A DNA stretch of 26,894 nt from a bacterium (GTDB lineage Bacteria; Zhuqueibacterota; Zhuqueibacteria; Oceanimicrobiales; Oceanimicrobiaceae), in NCBI GenBank assembly GCA_036398295.1, contig DASWHH010000271.1, forward strand, positions 1 through 26,894. Direction: 5' to 3'. The translations under genes and the position numbers were made by a program. Below are positions 16,195-24,850 of the stretch, in pieces (the first letter of the stretch is position 1; each line of letters begins with the position of its first letter). The notes beneath the pieces were generated by a model that made no database searches, was not told the origin of the DNA, and saw nothing but the letters and a program-made list of their open reading frames with translations.

Positions 16195-16260
16195 GTAGGG
16201 GGAACATCTGGCCTACCATCGGATTGCCAATGGGCTTTCCTCCCTTCCGAAACGTAGGAT
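16195..16260 (-). promoter_or_regulatory. Structured segment in the roughly 200-nt 5' leader of the OPT gene (candidate cis-regulatory RNA)
   Basis: CCAUUGG-CAAU-CCGAUGG hairpin enclosed by CCUAC/GUAGG, with a second CCUAC and a UUCCCCCU tract downstream that allow alternative pairings. It matches no riboswitch class I recognise. Confidence 0.35.
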
Positions 16261-16341
16261 TGAAAAATGAGATGCTAAATGTTAATAGACAGAGAATAGA
16301 AAAGAATTCACTCGCGAGCCCCTCCGGCAATACAGCCCATG

Positions 16342-16370
16342 AACATAAAAGAAATGAACTAAAAAGTCAA
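16342..16370 (-). promoter_or_regulatory. Sigma70-type promoter for the OPT-MFS(-M20-M29) cluster
   Basis: On the - strand: TTGACT (16370-16365), a 17-nt spacer, then TATGTT (16347-16342). Confidence 0.6.
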
Positions 16371-16413
16371 GCGAAAAGTTGGGACGCAGTACGACCCGGT
16401 TTTTCTTTTTGGT

Positions 16414-16443
16414 TTGATTTTTCTAAAATTAGTTTTATATTAT
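16414..16443 (+). promoter_or_regulatory. Candidate sigma70-type promoter for ecfT-truA
   Basis: TTGATT (16414-16419) with TATATT (16436-16441, 16-nt spacer) or TATTAT (16438-16443, 18-nt spacer) in an AT-rich tract, about 25 nt before the GTG start. Confidence 0.45.
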
Positions 16444-16466
16444 CGTGTTTTTGAATGCAAACTTAA

Positions 16467-17267
16467 GTGGCCTTTCTAAAAGACATAACTTTAGGTCAGT
16501 ATTTTCCAGGAGACTCGTTTCTCCATCGTCTGGATCCGCGCAGCAAGCTCTTGGCGAGTCTGGCTCTCATGACCAGCCTGTTGATTTCGACAAAATTGAG
16601 CCTGATCTTGCTGCAGTCCGCCGCGGTGCTGGTGACGATTTGGTTGACGAAGATTCCAATGACCATGATCGCCAAGAGCCTGAAATGGTTTCTATGGCTT
16701 TTCCTGATCACATTTGCGATTCATGTTTTAGAAGTAAGCATCGGTTCCGTTTTTCCGTTTTTGAGTTTTGGTGTCCGTGCAGCGGGAATCATGAACGGAG
16801 CAATTTATACACTGCGACTGGGACTCTTGATCGTCACGGCGTCGTTGTTGACGTTGACCACCTCGCCCATCGAATTGACCGACAGCCTCGAACGGCTGTT
16901 TTCGCCGTTGAAGCGATTGAGAGTGCCCGTGCATGAACTGGCTCTGATGATGACGCTGTCACTGCGATTTATACCGATTCTAATTCGTGAGGCCGAGCGC
17001 ATTAAGAACGCCCAGTTGTCGCGAGGGGCATCGCTGGAAGGCAACCTCCTGCAACGAATTCGCAACCTGGTTCCGATGTTGCTGCCTTTGTTTATCTCGG
17101 CCATTCGCCGGGCGGACGACCTGGCGGTGGCAATGGAGGCGCGCTGCTACGCTGGTGGTGAAGGGCGGACCTGCTTTCATCGGTTTGCGTTTGGCGTCGG
17201 CGATGTCGGCTTACTGCTGTTTTCGGGTGCCTGGTTCTTTGGAATTTTAGTTGTTAATTACGGTTAG
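16467..17267 (+). CDS. ecfT: Energy-coupling factor transporter transmembrane component T
   Basis: ITLGQYFPGDSFLHRLDPRSKL, TTSPIELTDSLE, LSLRFIPIL and the two X-R-X coupling motifs AQLSRGA and AMEARCY. Confidence 0.95.
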   Translation: MAFLKDITLGQYFPGDSFLHRLDPRSKLLASLALMTSLLISTKLSLILLQSAAVLVTIWLTKIPMTMIAKSLKWFLWLFLITFAIHVLEVSIGSVFPFLSFGVRAAGIMNGAIYTLRLGLLIVTASLLTLTTSPIELTDSLERLFSPLKRLRVPVHELALMMTLSLRFIPILIREAERIKNAQLSRGASLEGNLLQRIRNLVPMLLPLFISAIRRADDLAVAMEARCYAGGEGRTCFHRFAFGVGDVGLLLFSGAWFFGILVVNYG

Positions 17268-17275
17268 GTTTAAGA

Positions 17276-18025
17276 ATGACTCGCAATATAAAGCTAACTC
17301 TTGAATACGACGGCACCAACTTCTGTGGATGGCAGTGGCAACCGCGGGAGCGCACGGTGCAAGGGACCCTGCAAGACGCCATGTTGAAGTTGTTGGGGGA
17401 ATCTCCAAAAATTTATGCGGCTGGCAGAACGGATGCTGGCGTACACGCCTTGGGTCAGGTGGCGAATTTTAATACCGCAACCGCCTTGGACCTCGATTCG
17501 ATTCGGCTGGGATTGAACAGCTATTTTCCAACCGATGTCGTCGTATTGCGGGTCGAGGAGGTCGCCGAAAAGTTTCATGCACGCTACAGCGCCGTCAAGC
17601 GGGTTTATCGTTATGTGATCTCAAAACGATTTCGGGCGATTGCGAGAAATTACTCGTGGTTCTGCAAGTATAATTTGGATTTGGAAAGAATGCGAGATGC
17701 CTCACGATGCCTCATTGGCGAACACGTGTTTACGGCGTTTTGCAAAGAAAACATTGAGGAACCGCATTACTTATCCAACGTCGAAGGTTTGGAATGGACA
17801 GAATCCGATGATAACGTAATTTTGCGAATTTCTGCCAACCGTTTTCTGCACAGCATGGTGCGCATCATCGTCGGCACCATGGTGGATGTGGGACGTGGCC
17901 GGATTCAGCCCGGTGAAGTCAAAAACATTCTGGATTCGCGGGACCGAAATCGCGCGGGATTTTCGGTGCCGCCCCAGGGATTGTTCTTAGAGAAGATTTG
18001 CTATCCCGAACACGGGGAAAATTAG
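17276..18025 (+). CDS. truA: tRNA pseudouridine(38-40) synthase
   Basis: LTLEYDGTNFCGWQWQP, AGRTDAGVHALGQV (catalytic Asp), FHARYSA, FLHSMVRIIVG and VPPQGLFL. Confidence 0.97.
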   Translation: MTRNIKLTLEYDGTNFCGWQWQPRERTVQGTLQDAMLKLLGESPKIYAAGRTDAGVHALGQVANFNTATALDLDSIRLGLNSYFPTDVVVLRVEEVAEKFHARYSAVKRVYRYVISKRFRAIARNYSWFCKYNLDLERMRDASRCLIGEHVFTAFCKENIEEPHYLSNVEGLEWTESDDNVILRISANRFLHSMVRIIVGTMVDVGRGRIQPGEVKNILDSRDRNRAGFSVPPQGLFLEKICYPEHGEN

Positions 18026-18046
18026 GGTGACAGTGAGTTAACCATA

Positions 18047-18116
18047 CGGATTGATGGACCAGTCCTGGATTGATGGATAAATGAGAGCGGCATGAAGCCA
18101 ATAGTCCATTAATCCA
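18047..18116. repeat. Direct plus inverted repeat element (GGATTGATGGA twice, TCCATTAATCC once)
   Basis: GGATTGATGGA at 18048-18058 and 18067-18077, and the near-complement TCCATTAATCC at 18105-18115, between truA and tal. Confidence 0.6.
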
Positions 18117-18178
18117 ATGTCATTAACGAGTGGCAATTAATTTACCATAGGAATTTTGAATCAAAAAGGAGAAAGGTC

Positions 18179-18832
18179 ATGAAGTTTTTTCTCGATACCG
18201 CCAACCTCGATGAAATCAAACAAGCCGCCAGCATGGGCATCCTCGATGGCGTCACCACCAATCCTTCACTGGTGGCAAAAGAAAGCGGCAAATTCAAAGA
18301 TATGTTGCTCAAAATATGCGAGGTTGTGAATGGCCCCGTGAACGCCGAAGTCGTCAGCACTAACTTTGATGGCATGATGAAGGAGGGTCGCGATCTGGCG
18401 GCCCTCCATCCTCACATTTATGTCAAAATTCCCATGATTCGGGAGGGGCTGAAAGCGGTGAAGGCCCTTTCCGCCGAAGGCATTCGCACCAACGTGACTT
18501 TGTGCTTCAGCGCCACCCAGGCATTGATGGCTGCCAAAGCGGGCGCCACTTTTATCAGTCCGTTTGTGGGCCGTATTGACGACATCAGTGGAGTCGGGAT
18601 GGAGATCATCGCGGACATCCGCACCATTTATGATAATTACGGCTTCAAAACGGAGATCCTCGCGGCGAGCCTGCGTCATCCGGTACACGTTCTCGAAGCC
18701 GCCCGTATTGGCGCGGACATCGGCACGATGCCGTACAAAGTTTTCGATCAATTGTTCAACCATCCATTAACTGATATTGGTCTAAAGAACTTCTTGGCGG
18801 ACTGGGAGAAAGTCAAAGACCGGGTTTTGTGA
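18179..18832 (+). CDS. tal: Transaldolase (small TalC/FSA-family type)
   Basis: [23 protein letters not shown] (Schiff-base Lys), [17 protein letters not shown] and LAASLR. Phe in SPFVGR together with Glu in NAEV favours transaldolase over fructose-6-phosphate aldolase. Confidence 0.92.
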   Translation: MKFFLDTANLDEIKQAASMGILDGVTTNPSLVAKESGKFKDMLLKICEVVNGPVNAEVVSTNFDGMMKEGRDLAALHPHIYVKIPMIREGLKAVKALSAEGIRTNVTLCFSATQALMAAKAGATFISPFVGRIDDISGVGMEIIADIRTIYDNYGFKTEILAASLRHPVHVLEAARIGADIGTMPYKVFDQLFNHPLTDIGLKNFLADWEKVKDRVL

Positions 18833-18855
18833 ATCGATTTCTTGGAACGCCCACG

Positions 18856-20028
18856 ATGAGAAGCATTCATTTTGTTTTGTGTTTTTTGTTCTTTATCGGA
18901 TGTAGCGAGGAGAAGCCGCCGGAGACGCAGTCCCAGGCCGCGGTGGGTTTGAACGCGCAGCCCGCTGCTAACCAGGAGCGCAACGGTACCGATAGCGTTT
19001 CGAGCAGCCGTCGTAATGCCATCACCAACGCCGTGGCCCTGGTCAGCGATGCGGTTTGTGGCATCAACGTGACGCAAATCCGGGAATTTGTTCGCACGCC
19101 TTTCACCTTTTATGACGACCCGTTTTTCCGCTACTTGCTGCCGGCGGAACCATACTATCAACGCGTCAAAAGTCTCGGCTCCGGGTTTCTCGTTTCAAGT
19201 GATGGCTACATCCTCACCAATGAACATGTGATTCATCAGGCTACTGAAATCCTGGTGACCCTTTCCGATGGCACGCAACAGAGTGCCACACTGGTCGGGA
19301 TGGATCTCATCACCGACATTGCCTTGCTGAAAATCAAGGGTAACAGTTATCCCTTTGTGAGGTTTGGAGATTCTGACAATGCTCTCATCGGCGAGTGGGT
19401 GATCGCCATTGGCAATCCGTTTGGATTGTTTGAAATCAATGCCAAACCGACGGTGACAGTCGGCGTGGTGAGCGCAGTCGATCGCGACTTCGGCCGCGTT
19501 GACAACGATCGCGTCTATCAGGATATGATTCAAACCGATGCTGCCATCAACCAGGGCAACAGCGGCGGTCCCTTAGTGAACGGCCTTGGCGAAGTCATTG
19601 GAATGAACACATTCATCTATACCAGCAAAGATAATACCGGATCGATTGGGTTGGGCTTCGCCATTCCGATCAACCGCATCAAACGGGTCTTGAGGGATCT
19701 GAAAGAATTTGGTGAGGTCAATCGGCGCTGGACATCGGGTCTGAAGGTGGAAGATTTGACGCCGCTGGTAGCCCGTTATTTCAAGCTCAAAACCGAGCGC
19801 GGCGTTATTGTGACCGAAGTGGACAAAGACAGTCCGGCCGCGCGCGCCGGTTTGGAAATCGGTGACATCATCACTGAAGTGAACGAACAGAAGATTGAAA
19901 ATCGCAACGACATCTGGACGGTTATCGAGGATTCCGATTTGCGCGGCGGCGACGATCTCAATCTGACCGTGTTACGGGAGCGTAAGGTTTTTAAACTTAC
20001 CTTGAGATTGGAGGGCCTGGGACGTTAA
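18856..20028 (+). CDS. htrA: HtrA/DegP-family serine protease with one PDZ domain, predicted lipoprotein
   Basis: ATG 18856 gives the lipobox FIG-C. SLGSGF, TNEHV (His), TDIALL (Asp), IQTDAAINQGNSGGPL (Ser) and a PDZ segment SPAARAGLEIGDII. The alternative GTG 18829 overlaps the tal stop. Confidence 0.92.
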   Translation: MRSIHFVLCFLFFIGCSEEKPPETQSQAAVGLNAQPAANQERNGTDSVSSSRRNAITNAVALVSDAVCGINVTQIREFVRTPFTFYDDPFFRYLLPAEPYYQRVKSLGSGFLVSSDGYILTNEHVIHQATEILVTLSDGTQQSATLVGMDLITDIALLKIKGNSYPFVRFGDSDNALIGEWVIAIGNPFGLFEINAKPTVTVGVVSAVDRDFGRVDNDRVYQDMIQTDAAINQGNSGGPLVNGLGEVIGMNTFIYTSKDNTGSIGLGFAIPINRIKRVLRDLKEFGEVNRRWTSGLKVEDLTPLVARYFKLKTERGVIVTEVDKDSPAARAGLEIGDIITEVNEQKIENRNDIWTVIEDSDLRGGDDLNLTVLRERKVFKLTLRLEGLGR

Positions 20029-20067
20029 TTCTTCTATTCATGTGAACTTATTAACAAGGATTTCCTT

Positions 20068-21366
20068 TTGATTGAGCGTTATACCCGGCCGGAGATGGCC
20101 AGAATCTGGAGCGATGAGAATAAATTTCAAACCTGGTTGAAGGTAGAACTGCTGGTTTGCGAGGCCCTGGCTCAGTTGGGGGAAATTCCCCAGGAGGCAT
20201 TGGCAGCGATAAAAAGTAAGGCCAATTTCGATCCGCAGCGGGTGTTGGAAATTGAACAAACCGTCAAGCACGATGTCATCGCGTTTTTAACCGATGTCGC
20301 CGAACATGTTGGCCCCGCGAGCCGTTACATCCACCTCGGCATGACTTCGTCAGACCTGCTCGACACCGCGCTAGCGTGTTTGATGCGAGAGGCGGGATTT
20401 TTATTGCTGGATAAACTTGACCGGCTGAAAAGCAGCCTGGGAAAACGCGCCGTCGAATTTAAGCACACGGTATGCATCGGCCGCTCCCACGGTATTCACG
20501 CCGAACCCACCACTTTCGGTCTAAAACTGGCCCTGTGGTACGGCGAGATTGGCCGTAATATGCAACGGCTCGAACAAGCTATCGAAACTATTTCTGTTGG
20601 AAAAATTTCGGGAGCCGTCGGAACGTTTGCCCATATCAGCCCCTGGGTGGAATCCTATGTGTGCGCCAAACTGAACCTGCGTGCGGCTCCGGTTTCAACC
20701 CAAATTGTGCAGCGCGATCGCCACGCCGAATATATGACGGTTCTGGCGCTGACCGGCGCGTCATTGGAAAAAATCGCCACCGAGATTCGCAGTTTGCAGC
20801 GCACCGAAATTCTTGAGGTCGAAGAGCCGTTTAGCAAGGGCCAAAAGGGCTCGTCCGCGATGCCGCATAAGCGCAATCCTATCACCTGCGAACGTATCGC
20901 CGGCTTAGCGCGGGTGTTGCGAGGAAACGCCCTGGCCGCGATGGAAAATGTAGCGCTCTGGCACGAACGCGACATCACCCATTCTTCGGTCGAACGCATC
21001 ACCGTTCCCGACAGCACCGCGCTCTTGGATTATATGTTGCACCTTATGACCGATATTATCGCCAACCTGGCCGTTTATCCGGAAAACATGCTGACGAACC
21101 TTGAGAAAACCAATGGGCTGATTTTCTCTCAGGCCCTGCTGTTGGCATTGACTAGAAAAGGGGTGACACGCGAAGAGGCTTATCGGCTGGTGCAGACTCG
21201 TGCGCTGGAGGTGTGGAGTTCGGGCGCGAGTTTCAAGACCGCTCTTTTGCAGGATGATGAGATCAAAGAACATTTATCCGATGACGAAATCGATAGGTGT
21301 TTTGACCTTAAGAGAAACCTTCAACATGTAGATTATATTTTCAAACGAGTTGGGTTACATGGTTAA
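20068..21366 (+). CDS. purB: Adenylosuccinate lyase
   Basis: MIERYTRPEM, KHDVIAF, HLGMTSSD, GRSHGIHAEPTTFG, the signature GSSAMPHKRNP and ERDITHSSVER. Confidence 0.97.
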   Translation: MIERYTRPEMARIWSDENKFQTWLKVELLVCEALAQLGEIPQEALAAIKSKANFDPQRVLEIEQTVKHDVIAFLTDVAEHVGPASRYIHLGMTSSDLLDTALACLMREAGFLLLDKLDRLKSSLGKRAVEFKHTVCIGRSHGIHAEPTTFGLKLALWYGEIGRNMQRLEQAIETISVGKISGAVGTFAHISPWVESYVCAKLNLRAAPVSTQIVQRDRHAEYMTVLALTGASLEKIATEIRSLQRTEILEVEEPFSKGQKGSSAMPHKRNPITCERIAGLARVLRGNALAAMENVALWHERDITHSSVERITVPDSTALLDYMLHLMTDIIANLAVYPENMLTNLEKTNGLIFSQALLLALTRKGVTREEAYRLVQTRALEVWSSGASFKTALLQDDEIKEHLSDDEIDRCFDLKRNLQHVDYIFKRVGLHG

Positions 21367-21390
21367 CAACCGGAAAGGAGAGAGGAAGCC

Positions 21391-22119
21391 TTGAAAGAAG
21401 CAGGATCTAAAAAGAAAAAGAAAATTTACGAAGGCAAGGCCAAAATTCTATACGAGACCGATAATGAAGATCTGTTGGTTCAGGAATTTAAGAATGATGC
21501 CACCGCCTTCGACGGCAAAAAGAAAGGAACGATCAAGGGCAAGGGGCCCATTAACAATGAGATTTCAGCGCATCTTTTTACGTTCCTGGAAAGCTATCAC
21601 ATTCCCACGCACTTCGTTCGATTGCAGGCCGATAATTCAATGGTGATCAAAAAGCTGACCATGATACCCCTGGAAGTGGTGGTAAGGAATGTGGCGACCG
21701 GCAGCTATGTGAAGCGTTACAACGCGAAAGAGGGGAAGCCTTTCGAGCAACCATTGACAGAGTTTTTTCTGAAGGATGATGCCAAACACGATCCGATTGT
21801 AACCAAGGATGAAATTCTCGCTGCCGCGATTGTGACGCCAGACGAGTTGCGTTTGCTGCAGCGCTATGCACAGAAAATAAACGCCGTCCTCAAAGCGTTC
21901 TTTGTGCGAAGAAAAATCGCCCTGGTAGATTTCAAGCTGGAATTCGGCCGCACCAAGAGCGGCAAGGTTATTCTGGGAGACGAGATCTCCCCCGATACCT
22001 GCCGATTATGGGACACCGAAAGCGGCGAGAAAATGGACAAAGATCGCTTCCGCCACGATTTGGGCAAGGTCGAAGAGGCGTACCGCGAGGTGCATGACCG
22101 CGTGTTTAAGGAAGTCTGA
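21391..22119 (+). CDS. purC: SAICAR synthetase
   Basis: YEGKAK, FKNDATAFDG, PLEVVVRN, DFKLEFG, DEISPDTCRLWD and DKDRFR. The TTG start follows a strong purine-rich RBS. Confidence 0.97.
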   Translation: MKEAGSKKKKKIYEGKAKILYETDNEDLLVQEFKNDATAFDGKKKGTIKGKGPINNEISAHLFTFLESYHIPTHFVRLQADNSMVIKKLTMIPLEVVVRNVATGSYVKRYNAKEGKPFEQPLTEFFLKDDAKHDPIVTKDEILAAAIVTPDELRLLQRYAQKINAVLKAFFVRRKIALVDFKLEFGRTKSGKVILGDEISPDTCRLWDTESGEKMDKDRFRHDLGKVEEAYREVHDRVFKEV

Positions 22120-22123
22120 CATC

Positions 22124-22777
22124 ATGAGCAAGGAGGGAATTGGCACAATACTCGGCGTGGTTTTGTTCACCGCGGTGATGACGGTGGGTGCGGTGTTGAC
22201 GCCGCATCTGCACCTTACGATCCTGGCCGCCATTTTTGGGGCGTTGACGCTGTTGGTGATCTACTTCTTCCGCGATCCGCAGCGCGTCATCCCAGACGGT
22301 GCAAATCTCATTCTGTCGCCGGCGGACGGCAAAGTGGTAGAAATCGTTGAAGAGAATGAGAATGAATATTTGCAGGGGCTGGTGACACGGGTCAGCATTT
22401 TTTTGTCCGTGTTTGATGTGCACGTGAACCGCATCCCGATGGCGGGCTCGGTGGGACATTTTCGCTATCAGCGCGGGTCATTCGTCCAGGCCTACAAAAG
22501 TGCAGCCTCGAGCATCAATGAGCAGACGGTGATCGGTATTGAAAACAAGAACCGCAGGATCTTGTTTAAGCAAATAGCCGGGATCCTGGCGCGCCGCATC
22601 GTCTGCAATGTACGTCAGGGCCATCATGTGAAAAGCGGCGAGCGTTTTGGTATTATCAAATTTGGATCGCGTGTCGATATATTTTTACCCAAAAACTGCA
22701 AAATCAAGGTACAATTAACACAGAAAGTCAAAGGTGGCGAAAGCATCATAGGAGAATTCACCGATGAGAATTCGTAA
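22124..22777 (+). CDS. psd: Phosphatidylserine decarboxylase proenzyme (short type)
   Basis: YFFRDPQR, SPADGKV, SIFLSVFDVHVNRIP, QIAGILARRI and the self-cleavage site GERFGIIKFGSRVD. ATG 22124 is preferred to 22094. Confidence 0.95.
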   Translation: MSKEGIGTILGVVLFTAVMTVGAVLTPHLHLTILAAIFGALTLLVIYFFRDPQRVIPDGANLILSPADGKVVEIVEENENEYLQGLVTRVSIFLSVFDVHVNRIPMAGSVGHFRYQRGSFVQAYKSAASSINEQTVIGIENKNRRILFKQIAGILARRIVCNVRQGHHVKSGERFGIIKFGSRVDIFLPKNCKIKVQLTQKVKGGESIIGEFTDENS

Positions 22778-23507
22778 AAAAGATATCGTTCCCAGCGTCT
22801 TCACCATGCTGAATCTGTTCTTCGGATTTTTTGCGATTGTGAATGCGTTGCGGGAGAATTTCGTGGCGGCGTCATGGTTCATCATCATCGCGGCTATCTG
22901 GGATGTCGTCGATGGCAGGATAGCCCGCCTCACCCACACCTACAGCGAATTCGGCCTCGAATTCGATTCGCTCGCGGATGTCGTGTCGTTTGGTGTGGCT
23001 CCCTCGATTTTGATTTATCAGATCTTCTTTTATAAATTGGGACCGTTCGGGATCATTCTCAGCTTCTTTCCGCTGTTGTTCGGTGCCATTCGCCTGGCGC
23101 GTTTTAACGTCAATAGCGATGGTTTCGAAAAAGAAAATTTCACCGGGTTGCCTATCCCCGCCACTGCGGTAACATTGTCATCATACGTAATTTTTAATTA
23201 CGATCTCTGGGAAGGGCTCAAATTCGGCCCGTTGCTGATTCCCATGGTCCTGTTGCTAAGTGTCCTCATGGTCAGCAACGTCGAATATGAAACCATGCCG
23301 AAGTTTTCGTTCCGAGTGAACCGCAGAAACACCATTCAATTTTTGTTGGTGATGCTTGGCGTCGCCATCATCGTTGTCTTCCGCGAGAAGGTCATGTTTC
23401 CGCTTGTTTTTGGATTTGTGCTGTATTATCTTTTCCGTGCGATCTTGCACAGCTTGCGCGAGGAAGAAGAGGAAGACGAAGTGTTCGATATTTCAATTTC
23501 CGATTAG
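22764..23507 (+). CDS. pssA: CDP-diacylglycerol--serine O-phosphatidyltransferase
   Basis: CDP-alcohol phosphotransferase motif DVVDGRIAR...GLEFDSLADVVSFGVAP, plus RLARFNV and FTGLPIP. Overlaps psd. Confidence 0.95.
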   Translation: MRIRKKDIVPSVFTMLNLFFGFFAIVNALRENFVAASWFIIIAAIWDVVDGRIARLTHTYSEFGLEFDSLADVVSFGVAPSILIYQIFFYKLGPFGIILSFFPLLFGAIRLARFNVNSDGFEKENFTGLPIPATAVTLSSYVIFNYDLWEGLKFGPLLIPMVLLLSVLMVSNVEYETMPKFSFRVNRRNTIQFLLVMLGVAIIVVFREKVMFPLVFGFVLYYLFRAILHSLREEEEEDEVFDISISD

Positions 23508-23514
23508 GGGATAG

Positions 23515-23793
23515 ATGCTCGAAGCCAAAATCTATATCACCCTCAGAAGCGGCATTTTGGACACCCAGGGCAAAGCCATCCACCATGCACTCGAGAACCT
23601 GGGTTTTGCTCAAATAGGTTCGGTTCGAATTGGGAAATTTCTCCAACTTGAGTTTGCCGAGGATATCCGCAAACCAGAAGCCGAACGACTCACGGTCGAA
23701 GCCTGCAAAAAGCTGCTTGCCAATCCGGTCATTGAAGACTATCGCTTCGAGCTGCTCGAAGCCCCCTCTAATGAGACGAGTGCGACGCCATGA
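23515..23793 (+). CDS. purS: Phosphoribosylformylglycinamidine synthase subunit PurS
   Basis: [19 protein letters not shown] and [17 protein letters not shown] overlap with purQ. Confidence 0.95.
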   Translation: MLEAKIYITLRSGILDTQGKAIHHALENLGFAQIGSVRIGKFLQLEFAEDIRKPEAERLTVEACKKLLANPVIEDYRFELLEAPSNETSATP

Positions 23794-24527
23794 AATTCGG
23801 CGTGATTGTCTTTCCGGGCTCCAACTGCGACCACGACTGCTATCATGTTTTGAAGGAAGTTTTTCGCCAGCCGGCAGATTTCATCTGGCACAAGGACGAC
23901 GATCTCAAAAATTGTGATGTGATCGTTTTGCCGGGTGGGTTCTCCTATGGCGATTATTTGCGTACCGGCGCCATCGCCCGCTTTTCTCCGGTGATGAATG
24001 CGGTGATAGAATTTGCAAACCGCGGTGGCATGGTGATGGGAATCTGCAATGGCTTTCAAATCCTCTGCGAAGCTGGTTTGCTTCCAGGTGCCTTGTTACG
24101 TAACGAAAGTCGTCGCTTTGTCTGTAAGTTCGTCCGCTTGCGGGTGGAGAATAAGGGCACGGCGTTCACCAACGCCTGCACTGAAGGTGAGATCTTGAAC
24201 ATCCCGGTGGCACATGCCGAAGGTCTTTACTACACGGACCAACAAACCCTGCGTGAGCTGCATCAACGTCGGCAAATTCTATTTCGTTATTGTGACGACA
24301 GCGGTGAGGTCACCCGCGATGCCAATCCCAACGGCTCGCTCGAAAATATCGCCGGCATCATGAACCGCGCCGGCAACGTCATGGGGATGATGCCCCACCC
24401 CGATCGCTGCGCCGAAGAAATTCTGAACTCTTCTGACGGCGCCAAAATCTTCGCATCGGTCATGCGCTGGAAAAAATTCGGGGAATCGGCTAAAACCCCA
24501 ATGGCGACGGGAGTGGAGGTGGTTTGA
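23790..24527 (+). CDS. purQ: Phosphoribosylformylglycinamidine synthase glutaminase subunit PurQ
   Basis: [29 protein letters not shown] (catalytic Cys), PVAHAEG, NPNGS and GMMPHPDR. Confidence 0.97.
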   Translation: MKFGVIVFPGSNCDHDCYHVLKEVFRQPADFIWHKDDDLKNCDVIVLPGGFSYGDYLRTGAIARFSPVMNAVIEFANRGGMVMGICNGFQILCEAGLLPGALLRNESRRFVCKFVRLRVENKGTAFTNACTEGEILNIPVAHAEGLYYTDQQTLRELHQRRQILFRYCDDSGEVTRDANPNGSLENIAGIMNRAGNVMGMMPHPDRCAEEILNSSDGAKIFASVMRWKKFGESAKTPMATGVEVV

Positions 24528-24559
24528 GCTTAACTGGTAAATCGTAAAGGAGCGGAGGA

Positions 24560-24823
24560 ATGGCAACGCATTCGTTTGGGAGAGTCGTTTTGGTAATCGT
24601 ATTGGGTGCGATGATCGGCACGTTGTTCGGAAAGCTTGTCGGGTTGGTGTTACCCGAAGGCGTAGTAAAAGAGTTTTTTTTGAAGGACGCCAGTTTTGGA
24701 GTCGGTCCTGCCGATATCGATGTTGGGTTGTTTGCGATTACCCTGGGCTTCAAAATTACGTTGAATATTGTCGGACTCCTGGGGGTGAGTCTCGCCATCT
24801 ACCTGCTGCGATGGTATTTCTGA
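24560..24823 (+). CDS. DUF4321-like small membrane protein
   Basis: 87 aa with a good RBS (AAAGGAG/GGAGG). N-terminal TM (IVLGAMIGTLFG), a central FG...ID.GLF.ITLG..ITLNI pattern and a C-terminal TM. Confidence 0.75.
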   Translation: MATHSFGRVVLVIVLGAMIGTLFGKLVGLVLPEGVVKEFFLKDASFGVGPADIDVGLFAITLGFKITLNIVGLLGVSLAIYLLRWYF

Positions 24824-24850
24824 GGTTCTTATTTTAGTCAGGAGTTTGCT

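Noticed and set aside
16211-16260. GGGAGGAAAGCC resemblance to the c-di-GMP-I core (GGGACGCAAAGCC), and a three-way junction resembling a purine riboswitch
   Set aside because: The other invariant nucleotides and their order are absent. It is kept only as an unclassified candidate structure.
16224-16936. + strand ORFs 16224-16454 and 16445-16936
   Set aside because: The first spans the AT-rich divergent promoter region and the second is out of frame with ecfT. Neither shows protein-like motifs.
18179-18832. Fructose-6-phosphate aldolase assignment
   Set aside because: The Phe in SPFVGR and the Glu in NAEV are the transaldolase-type residues. FSA has Tyr (APYVNR) and Gln.
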